Positions 15,571 to 22,873 of a stretch of 24,000 bases of DNA are shown piece after piece; position 1 is the first letter of the stretch, and the number at the start of each line of letters is the position of its first letter. This stretch comes from Planctomycetota bacterium. GTDB lineage: Bacteria > Planctomycetota > Phycisphaerae > Phycisphaerales > UBA1924. The position numbers and the translations under genes were made by a program. The notes under the pieces are model-generated. The model did no database searches and was not told the origin of the DNA. It saw only the letters and a list, made by a program, of their open reading frames with translations. Where the stretch lies: the NCBI GenBank assembly GCA_018968885.1, contig JAGWZK010000010.1, forward strand, positions 80,194-104,193, in the 5' to 3' direction.

Positions 15571-15713
15571 GGCAAGCGTATCGGCAGGGAGGGGGAAGGG
15601 AAGTTGAAAGTTGGCAGGAAAAACCACCGGCGCGGCATTTCTGTTGAATCCAGCTCGAATCCAGCTCGCGTGGAGTCCTGCCCGGCACTCGTCTGGCATC
15701 ACGTCTGGTCGAT

Positions 15714-16496
15714 TTAGTCCCCGTCGTCGGCTTCCTGATCCGCCCCGCTCGTGGCCGGAACGCTCAAGCCCCTCTTCTTGGCAATCGACCGCAAGTCCCT
15801 TGGCAATGGCGCCCGCACATCCACGGCCTCACCCGACGTCGGGTGTTCGAATGCAACGCGATGGGCATGAAGTGCCAGCCGCCCCGCCTGCCCGGCAATT
15901 GCGGGCGGGGCATACACCTCGTCACCCAGAATCGGGCAGTGAATCGCCTCGAGATGCACGCGAATCTGATGCAATCTCCCCGTCACAGCGCGGCACTCCA
16001 CGAGGCAGAATTCCTTAGCCTTGGCCACCACTCGATACGCCGTGATCGCCGGCTTCCCCGCTCCTGAAATCCTTGCCAGTTTCATCCCCGCCTCGCCTCG
16101 CTTGCCCGCCTTCTCGGGTGCTTCCAGAATCGGCTTGCGAATCACCCCCGACTCGGATTTGGGATGCCCATGACAGATGGCGTAGTAGAACTTCCGAATC
16201 TCCCGCTCCTCAAACGCCTTTCGCAATCCGTCATATGCCCGACCGCGGAGAGCGACAATCACCAGCCCGCTCGTCGCGCGATCCAGCCGATGCAGCAGGC
16301 CGAAATCCCGATCCTTACCCAGGTTCTGCAGCTGTGCCCCATACTGGGCAAATAGCCCATTCATCAGCGTGTCGTGTTCATGCCCTTTCCCTGGCTGGGT
16401 CACGATTCGCGCCGGCTTTTCCACCACCAGCACTTCATCATCGGCATACCGAACTTTGAACGGCACCTTGGGATTTGGTTCGATCGACAGATTCAT
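15714..16496 (-). CDS. RluA-family pseudouridine synthase (no N-terminal S4 domain)
   Basis: VRYADDEVLVVEKPARIV, the catalytic-Asp motif HRLDRATSGLVIVA and the C-terminal GRLHQIRVHL. ATG start at 16496. Confidence 0.9.
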   Translation of the reverse strand: MNLSIEPNPKVPFKVRYADDEVLVVEKPARIVTQPGKGHEHDTLMNGLFAQYGAQLQNLGKDRDFGLLHRLDRATSGLVIVALRGRAYDGLRKAFEEREIRKFYYAICHGHPKSESGVIRKPILEAPEKAGKRGEAGMKLARISGAGKPAITAYRVVAKAKEFCLVECRAVTGRLHQIRVHLEAIHCPILGDEVYAPPAIAGQAGRLALHAHRVAFEHPTSGEAVDVRAPLPRDLRSIAKKRGLSVPATSGADQEADDGD

Positions 16497-16520
16497 ACAT
16501 GCATCATTGTCACGCCACTC

Positions 16521-17327
16521 TCACGAATGAGCGGCTGAATCGTGATCGACGTACCAGCGCGTCTCTCCACCCGTGGTGCGCAAAGGCCATTCATGCCGCA
16601 TCTGCGACAGTTGCATCACGTGGCCTCGGGCATCTGTTCCGGTCAATAGACATGCCACGAGTCGCGATGCACCGATCGTCCGCCTCGCCAAAGTCACTCG
16701 CACCGGCGACACCGATTCATCTTCCGTCACGAGCGCATCCTGCCCGGGATCATCGGGAATCTGCAGACTCGACGGCCCGAGCAGGCAGTAATCCAGGCGA
16801 TCATGTCCCTTTTCTCTCCACCCCAGCGTCTCCCGCAGCTCACGCTCATATCGCAGCACGACATCCGATCGTTCTATGTGCATGGCATGCACTTGCGGCC
16901 GCGGAATATCTGACGGCTCGATCAGCATCTCACGCAGCACCGTCCAACGCGAGTCCGCGTGGTCCCGCGGCACAACCAACTCTTCAACCTGCCACAGATG
17001 CGTGCGGTGCCAGGGAAACTCACGCAACGATGGATCCAGCATCAGCCGACGCAGAATCGGCTCCACCGCAGGCTCACCCGAAACGGCACAATGAAAATCC
17101 CCAAACGTGCGTGTGCAGTTCATCGCATGCAGAAACAGATCGGCGCACAGTGCATCGATCGCATCGTCCGCGCATTCACGCATCACTGTCATTCCGGGCA
17201 GCTTCGGTGCTGTCGGGGCCGACACCACCTCATACCCGCCCGACGCTCCGGAGTCCGAAGCGTCTCGACGCGGACCACCTTCAACCCCTTCAGATTGTGA
17301 AAATCCTTGACTCACGATTCCCAGCAT
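16521..17327 (-). CDS. 6-phosphogluconolactonase / glucosamine-6-P-deaminase-fold protein with divergent motifs
   Basis: Colinear by eye with Pgl/DevB: FHCAVSGEPAVEPILRRL (compare LSGGSTP), WHRTHLWQVEELVVPRDHADSRW (compare W..v..f.gDER.Vp.dh.dSN) and DYCLLGPSSLQIP...VRVTLARRTI...LLTGTDA (compare lLGmG.DGHtAS.FP...RiTlt...lv.G..K). The start is uncertain: GTG 17393, ATG 17327 or ATG 17192. Confidence 0.55.
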   Translation of the reverse strand: MLGIVSQGFSQSEGVEGGPRRDASDSGASGGYEVVSAPTAPKLPGMTVMRECADDAIDALCADLFLHAMNCTRTFGDFHCAVSGEPAVEPILRRLMLDPSLREFPWHRTHLWQVEELVVPRDHADSRWTVLREMLIEPSDIPRPQVHAMHIERSDVVLRYERELRETLGWREKGHDRLDYCLLGPSSLQIPDDPGQDALVTEDESVSPVRVTLARRTIGASRLVACLLTGTDARGHVMQLSQMRHEWPLRTTGGETRWYVDHDSAAHS

Positions 17328-17479
17328 AGCGAACACTCCAAGCCCATGTTGTCTCCCCCCCCGTGCCCCCGTTTCGCAACTCGGCCGCGTCACGCCGGTA
17401 TGAGCTTGCGGTCAGAGCATTCGCAACGACCGTCCAAGACCAAAGTCTGTATATGGTTCAACAATCAGGGGATTTCAGC

Positions 17480-18565
17480 ATGTCCATGGAATTGCCCGCT
17501 CGGGCTCGCAGCGAGTATCGCATCATCGATGCCAATTTCAACCGTGCCCGGGAGGCCCTTCGCGTGCTCGACGATGTCGCTCGATTTGCCCTGGGCATGC
17601 AGCAGCTCGTCAGCCAGATCAAGCACCTGCGCCACGAGCTTCACGCCGTCCTGACCCAGTGCGGCATCGACGAACTCCTGCGCGTCTCGGCTCGCGATAT
17701 TGAAGGGGATGTCGGCACCGAAGTGACCTCGAGCGGTGAGCAGACCCGCAGCGGAATGCGCGGCGTCGCTCTCGCGGCAGGCGGGCGTTTGACCGAAGCC
17801 ATGCGGTCCATCGAAGAACAGTTGAAACTTCTCGGCAAGGGTGAAGCAGCCCTCGCCATAGAACGCTTGCGCTATCGCGCTTACGTATGCGAACAGCAGG
17901 TGCTGCTCGCCCTCGGCTCCGGCAAGGCCACCCAATGGCGTCTCTGCGTCATCGTCAGTGAAGAGGTCTGCATCCATATGCCGTGGTATCAAGTGGTCGA
18001 GCAGGCCATCAATGGCGGCGCCGACTGCATTCAGCTTCGCGAAAAGCGCCTGAGCGAGCGTGAATTTCTCCGTCGCGCTCGCGATCTTGTCGAAATCTGC
18101 CGCCCCCGACATGTTGCTTCCATCGTCAACGATCGTGCTGATCTCGCCCTCTTGGCCGGAGTCGATGGTCTGCACGTTGGTCAGACCGACCTCCCCGCAG
18201 CAGACCTTCGCCGCTTGATCGGCGGCAACATGCTCCTAGGCGTCTCCACCTCGACCATCGAAGAGGCCCGCAGGGCCGCCCGCGACAGTGCCGATTACAC
18301 CGGTGTTGGCCCCATGTTCGCCTCGACGACCAAGAAAAAGGAAACGCTCAGCGGCCCTGAATACCTCCGCGAGTACCTCGCCGATGAGATCACTTCACGG
18401 CTTCCCCACCTGGCCATCAGCGGCATCAGTCAGGAGAATATCGGCGAACTCGCACGTGCCGGCTGCAAGGGAATTGCCGTCAGCAGCGCCGTGTGCAAGA
18501 GTAGTAACCCCGCCGATGCCGCCCGCGCACTCGTCGAGGCGCTGACGAGCTCAGCGGCTCGGTGA
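17480..18565 (+). CDS. thiE: Thiamine-phosphate synthase with an N-terminal extra domain of about 150 aa
   Basis: The C-terminal two-thirds is classic ThiE: RLCVIVSE, GADCIQLREK, IVNDRADLALLAGVDGLHVGQTDL, LGVSTSTIEEA, ADYTGVGPMFASTTK and LAISGI. The track start 17363 is a GTG. ATG 17480 has GGGGA 7 nt upstream; the alternative is ATG 17453. Confidence 0.9.
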   Translation: MSMELPARARSEYRIIDANFNRAREALRVLDDVARFALGMQQLVSQIKHLRHELHAVLTQCGIDELLRVSARDIEGDVGTEVTSSGEQTRSGMRGVALAAGGRLTEAMRSIEEQLKLLGKGEAALAIERLRYRAYVCEQQVLLALGSGKATQWRLCVIVSEEVCIHMPWYQVVEQAINGGADCIQLREKRLSEREFLRRARDLVEICRPRHVASIVNDRADLALLAGVDGLHVGQTDLPAADLRRLIGGNMLLGVSTSTIEEARRAARDSADYTGVGPMFASTTKKKETLSGPEYLREYLADEITSRLPHLAISGISQENIGELARAGCKGIAVSSAVCKSSNPADAARALVEALTSSAAR

Positions 18566-18620
18566 TACACCTTGAGCAAGCGGTCTCCCCACTCGACGTG
18601 ACGGTGATGATTCAAATGAC

Positions 18621-20222
18621 TCAGCGTGCGAATTCGATCGCCCGCGTCTCTCTAAGCACCGTCACCCGGATTTCACCCGGGAATGTCATTTCTTCGCTGA
18701 CCTTTTTGGCGATGTCGTGCGCGATGAGGAACGCTTCGTCATCGTTCACCCGCGCCGCATCGATCATGACGCGCACCTCGCGCCCCGCCTGAATCGCATA
18801 CGCCTCGGTCACGCCTTTGAAGCCCATCGCGATGTCCTGCAGGTCGTTGAGCTTCTGGATGTACTTCTCCATGCTCTCGCGCCGCGCTCCAGGCCGCGCC
18901 GATGAAATCGCATCCGCCGCCATCACGATCGGTGTATAGAAACTGGTGGAAGGAATGTCAGCGTGGTGCCCGCCGATCGCGTTCAGCACCGGCTCCTTCT
19001 CGCCGAATTGCCGTGCGAAGTCCATACCGATCTTCGGGTGGCCGCCCTCCATTTCCTGATCCATCGCCTTGCCGATGTCGTGCAAAAACCCGCACCGACG
19101 CGCAATCGTTCCATCCAACTTCAACTGTTCCGCGATCAACTGGCAGAAGAACGCAACTTCTACCGAGTGTCGCAGAACGTTCTGTCCATAGCTGGTGCGG
19201 TACGACAGTTTCCCCATCGCTTCGACCACCTTGGGATGCACGCCGCGCAGGTTCACTTCCAGCACCGCCTCCTTGCCGCGCTGCATGATCCTTTCGTTGA
19301 TTTCGCTCTTGACCTTGTCAACTACTTCTTCGATGCGAGATGGATGCATGCGGCCATCCGCGATCAACCGCTCCAGCGATTCCACCGCAATCGCCTGCCG
19401 CACCTTGTCAAAGCACGACACCACAATCACGCCCGGCGTGTCATCCACGATGATGTCTGCACCTGTCGCCTTCTCGATCGCGCGGATATTCCGGCCTTCA
19501 CGCCCGATGATCCGCCCCTTCACATCATCCGAGGGGATCGCCACGCTCCGCACGGTCGATTCACTGGTGATCTCGTTGGCATACCGCTGCACTGCCATCA
19601 ACGTGATTTCGCGTGCCTTGTTCTTGGCATCATTCTCTGCCTCTTCAGTGATCTTCCGCACCACCTTGGCCACTTCGTGCCGCGAATCCTGCTCGACGCG
19701 CAGCATCACTTCTCGCTTGGCATCCTCCACCGACAATCCCGAAACCTTCAGCAGCTTCTCTTTCTGCTCATTCAGGATGCGTTCAGTCTCCGCATCCCTC
19801 TGCGTCACCCGCTCCTCTCGCTGCTTCACCTGTTCCAGCTGCCGCGTCAGCTGCTGGTCCTTCTGCCCCACCGTTTCCTCTTTGCGATCCACCAGGTCTT
19901 CGCGCTTGGCCAGCCGCCGCTCTGTCTCGCGAAGCTCGTTGCGGGTCGTCTCCAGTTCCTTCTCAAATTTCTCTTTCCGCTCTAAGATCGCCCGATCCTG
20001 ATCCAGCCGCGCCTTCTCCGCCGCATTTCTAGCTTCCGTCTCTGCCTGAGACACCAACTGAGCCGCCTTGGCCTTGGCCTGCCCCAGCGTCTGACCGCTG
20101 ATCAATCGCACCACCATCGTGCCGATCGCCACGCCAATCACCAGCGCAATCACAATCAAACCCCAGCCAAGCGGAGGCATGTCCGCCAATCCGGCGGCAA
20201 GCGTCAAATTCGTCATACCCAT
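18621..20222 (-). CDS. rny: Ribonuclease Y
   Basis: N-terminal TM (GLIVIALVIGVAIGTMVV), a long Glu/Lys/Arg coiled coil, a KH domain (GRIIGREGRNIRAIEKATGADIIVDDTPG) and an HD domain (VLRHSVEVAFFCQLIAEQL...GFLHDIGKA...HPKIG). The track start 20231 is a GTG. ATG 20222 follows AAAGGTG; alternatives are ATG 20216 and 20180. Confidence 0.93.
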   Translation of the reverse strand: MGMTNLTLAAGLADMPPLGWGLIVIALVIGVAIGTMVVRLISGQTLGQAKAKAAQLVSQAETEARNAAEKARLDQDRAILERKEKFEKELETTRNELRETERRLAKREDLVDRKEETVGQKDQQLTRQLEQVKQREERVTQRDAETERILNEQKEKLLKVSGLSVEDAKREVMLRVEQDSRHEVAKVVRKITEEAENDAKNKAREITLMAVQRYANEITSESTVRSVAIPSDDVKGRIIGREGRNIRAIEKATGADIIVDDTPGVIVVSCFDKVRQAIAVESLERLIADGRMHPSRIEEVVDKVKSEINERIMQRGKEAVLEVNLRGVHPKVVEAMGKLSYRTSYGQNVLRHSVEVAFFCQLIAEQLKLDGTIARRCGFLHDIGKAMDQEMEGGHPKIGMDFARQFGEKEPVLNAIGGHHADIPSTSFYTPIVMAADAISSARPGARRESMEKYIQKLNDLQDIAMGFKGVTEAYAIQAGREVRVMIDAARVNDDEAFLIAHDIAKKVSEEMTFPGEIRVTVLRETRAIEFAR

Positions 20223-20330
20223 GGGCCACACCTTTGTCTATGGCCCGGCTCAATCCGCGCACTTCACATCAACAATGTCGCACCAGTTGCCCCTGAAGTT
20301 TCCAACACACACACGAACCCACCGAAACCA

Positions 20331-20355
20331 ACCCAAAACGCCGCACGTCGCGGCG
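20331..20355 (-). terminator. Intrinsic-terminator-like hairpin with a U-tract on the minus strand, about 110 nt upstream of rny
   Basis: The minus strand reads CGCCGC-GACGT-GCGGCG (20355-20339, 6-bp GC stem, 5-nt loop) followed directly by TTTTGGGTTGGTTT (20338 downward). Confidence 0.35.
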
Positions 20356-20662
20356 GGAATCAAAAGAATCTGAGCCTGAAGCAAACACCAAGGCAACTTC
20401 CACTTCAAAGGCCGATAAACCGGCGGTGATGAAAAGCGCACGACCGAGACGGGACCCGAATGCGAATCGGGATCTCGACCCTTCCAAGAAGAGTCGGGAG
20501 CACACCGAACACCTCGTGAAGACCAGACAAGTCCGGACCCCCTTTGAGCCGATTCTGGTATGCTCGGTTCCATTCTAGCGAGAACCCGGGCCCAGCGTGT
20601 GTGGGCCGGGCCGCCGCTCCCGATCCACCGGCTGGCAAGGACCGCCAGCCACGGAGATTCCA

Positions 20663-21451
20663 ATGCCCTTTTCCTCTCACAAGTTTGCGCACCGTTCGGT
20701 GTCCCTCTCACTCGCCGCCCTTGTCGTCCTCGCCGGAGCCACCGGCGGATGCATGCGTCCAAACAAATCCCGCCTCCACATCGACGTCCCCGCCGATGTC
20801 GCTTGGGATGTCAAAGCCCCCGTCGATCTCGACATCTCGAACGCCAGCGGCACGGTCGACATCCGCCATAAAACTGACATCAAGGAACCGTGGATCGACG
20901 TCAAGCGTTCCCGCCCTCGCCCAACTGGCGAGATGGGCGGCCCCGGCCGCAACCCTGCTCAATACTCCGAAGCCCGCCTCGTCCCTGGCACCAATGGTGG
21001 CAATAACACCATCGTCATCAAAAGCACCGCCGGTGACCTGGCCTCACCCAACGAGTGGGTCCGGATCACCGTCTGGGTGCCATCCTTGGGTAGCGTGAAG
21101 ATCACCAACTCGGGTGGACCCATCACCCTGAACAATCCCACTGGCACCGTCGATATCCGCAATCAGACCACCAAGGCGGGCCACGGCAACATCACGGTCC
21201 GCACCGGCACCATCTCTCACGATGTCACTCTCATCAGCGATGGCGGCACCGTCGATTTTTCGACGCACTCAGATTCATCTCTGCGACTGGATTGCAATAC
21301 CGGCACCGGTCAGGTGCGGCTGACTAGCCAAGGTGCCTTCACAGGCCTGGTCTCAAAGCCCGGCGCGTGGTCAGGTGTGCTCAACTCGGGCACCGGACGC
21401 TGCACCATCAACACCACCGATGGCGATGTGACGATTCGCGCGGTGAAGTGA
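20663..21451 (+). CDS. Lipoprotein with repeated beta-strand units (DUF4097 / putative-adhesin-like)
   Basis: The track start 20597 is a GTG. ATG 20663 has GGAG 6 nt upstream and gives MPFSSHKFAHRSVSLSLAALVVLAGATGGC, a signal peptide plus lipobox Cys. Units of the form SG(T/P)V(D/T)I recur: ISNASGTVDIR, ITNSGGPITLNNPTGTVDIR, GNITVRTGTISHDVTLISDGGTVDF, TGTGQVRL and TTDGDVTIR. Confidence 0.7.
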   Translation: MPFSSHKFAHRSVSLSLAALVVLAGATGGCMRPNKSRLHIDVPADVAWDVKAPVDLDISNASGTVDIRHKTDIKEPWIDVKRSRPRPTGEMGGPGRNPAQYSEARLVPGTNGGNNTIVIKSTAGDLASPNEWVRITVWVPSLGSVKITNSGGPITLNNPTGTVDIRNQTTKAGHGNITVRTGTISHDVTLISDGGTVDFSTHSDSSLRLDCNTGTGQVRLTSQGAFTGLVSKPGAWSGVLNSGTGRCTINTTDGDVTIRAVK

Positions 21452-21840
21452 GCGTGTGGTCAATCTCAAGCGGCATCGCCCTTCCGGGCGATGTGCCACG
21501 TGTTCAGTTCCGCAATATGCCTAGCACCTGGCTGCAACCTTGGAATCCTCTCAACTCGGAACAAGATCGCCAGAACTTGTTTGCAGAGTTGCAACGAGAA
21601 GTTGACTCAATACATCCCCTCTACGGATTGACGGCAACTGCGGTCGCGTATCGTGACGATCAAGACGATGTTGCGTTTCTCTTAAAGGATGGGCGTCTCG
21701 CCGTGGCCCATCTCACTTGGATCGGCAAGCAAGATTGCTCGCCCTTTCCTCGAACCGACTTGTATGCCGAAGCAGAGGAGTTCAAGCAACAACGGATGAT
21801 CCCAGACCACTTGGAATGGACCGCGACTCATCACTCTTAG
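21448..21840 (+). CDS. Small cytoplasmic hypothetical protein (108-131 aa), low GC
   Basis: ORF 21367-21840 overlaps the lipoprotein gene. Plausible starts are GTG 21448 (GTGA overlap with the lipoprotein stop at 21449-21451), GTG 21454 or ATG 21517. The composition looks globular (…LFAELQREVDSIHPLYGLTATAVAYRDDQDDVAFLLKDGRLAVAHLTWIGK…). I count about 47-55% GC per 60-nt line, against about 60% or more in the flanks. Confidence 0.5.
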   Translation: MSVWSISSGIALPGDVPRVQFRNMPSTWLQPWNPLNSEQDRQNLFAELQREVDSIHPLYGLTATAVAYRDDQDDVAFLLKDGRLAVAHLTWIGKQDCSPFPRTDLYAEAEEFKQQRMIPDHLEWTATHHS

Positions 21841-21891
21841 CTGTCCGCTTTTCGACTGCCTGCATCCACTTGGCCAATTGAGGCGCAGCCG

Positions 21892-22752
21892 CTACGCCGC
21901 CCTGCGCTGCTGCTGTGGCATCACCGACTCCACATACCGAGTGAACTGCTCGACCACAAACTCGCGATGGGCAGGATTGTGGCTGAATTCAAACGCCATT
22001 CCCGCGTACGTGTTGTGCTCGCTGTCGATATGCGTGTGCGCCAGTTTGGCCACCATGCCCAGCGGCGCGCCAGACGAGGCGCCCAGGTCCACCTTCAGCC
22101 AGAAGAGCCGCGATTGATCCAGATTACTGGCATTCTCTTTGGGGATGATCAGGCCTAGGCCACCACCGCCAACGTTCATGAGTTTGGCTGTGAATGGCGT
22201 TCCCACCTCAGGGAGAATCAACGAGAAGGTATCGAGCGACAACTTGCCACCCCGCTGCACCTGGCGCACGTGAGCGGCATTGGCAACCTCAGCAGGCACC
22301 GCGCTCTCCAGGTGACGCACCGGCCACATGGTGACATCCGAAAGCGTGATCTCCGCCGTCGACACGCGATAGAAGTTTCTGCGTGCGCACCGTTCCACTT
22401 GCGTCGGCATAGCGAGCTTCAGTACGCGTTCCAGCGTGCCGCGTGAGGAGTGCTGCTGGGCCGCCGCGATGATTGTCGAGCGGAACATCCAGCGATTCTG
22501 GCCGACCGCCATGACCACCACAATGGGAGTGCCCACTTCGAAGTTCAGTGATCGCCCCACTGCTGCCGGGGGTTCGACGGTGATAAACTGCTCATTCAGA
22601 TGCAGCAGACGCACCCGCCACACGATGTCGGCCAGCGCATCAGCGCCCTGCGTGTCGCCACGATCGACTGTGAACTCCAGCCCTCCACCACGCTCAAAGA
22701 TCTGGTGAAGCACTTCACGCCAACGCTCAGTTCTGGATCGATTTGCAGGCAC
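21892..22752 (-). CDS. YcgR-like c-di-GMP receptor candidate (PilZN-like N-domain plus PilZ domain)
   Basis: RRNFYR (22383-22366) matches the PilZ RxxxR motif, and NVGGGG (22176-22159) occupies the (D/N)xSxxG position. There is no in-frame ATG for the first 80+ codons. The track start 22758 is a TTG; GTG 22752 has GAGG 6 nt upstream. Confidence 0.75.
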   Translation of the reverse strand: MPANRSRTERWREVLHQIFERGGGLEFTVDRGDTQGADALADIVWRVRLLHLNEQFITVEPPAAVGRSLNFEVGTPIVVVMAVGQNRWMFRSTIIAAAQQHSSRGTLERVLKLAMPTQVERCARRNFYRVSTAEITLSDVTMWPVRHLESAVPAEVANAAHVRQVQRGGKLSLDTFSLILPEVGTPFTAKLMNVGGGGLGLIIPKENASNLDQSRLFWLKVDLGASSGAPLGMVAKLAHTHIDSEHNTYAGMAFEFSHNPAHREFVVEQFTRYVESVMPQQQRRAA

Positions 22753-22873
22753 AGTCAACCTCGCTTGTCCAGCGCGTGCGCACCCCTCCGTGCCACGATT
22801 GCGGACTTTTTCCTATCGACCGGCGTGATCCGCATCGTGCGGCTCGACGAGCACAGCAGTCCACAATCGACGG

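Noticed and set aside
15571-15600. G-rich tract GGCAGGGAGGGGGAAGGG on the plus strand (a C/U-rich tract on the murC mRNA), considered as a G-quadruplex.
   Set aside because: Only three usable G-runs are present. It lies in the ambiguous murC 5' region and may simply be coding or UTR sequence.
17355-17362. C8 homopolymer in the pgl-like/thiE divergent region, considered as a phase-variation tract.
   Set aside because: It is a single short tract in a GC-rich genome. It probably lies outside both coding regions if the ATG starts are correct, and there is no evidence of length heterogeneity.
17330-17479. Possible TPP (THI-box) riboswitch upstream of thiE.
   Set aside because: I could not find the conserved CUGAGA and ACCUGA...GCG.AGGGA cores. 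Only vague resemblances are present (GGUCAGAGC, AUCAGGGGA). An Infernal scan is needed for a definitive answer.
20250-20762. Minus-strand ORFs of 170, 95 and 78 aa in the rny/lipoprotein intergenic region.
   Set aside because: Their composition is rich in Arg, Trp and Cys, they have no Shine-Dalgarno sequence, and they overlap one another in different frames. The region is better explained as non-coding.
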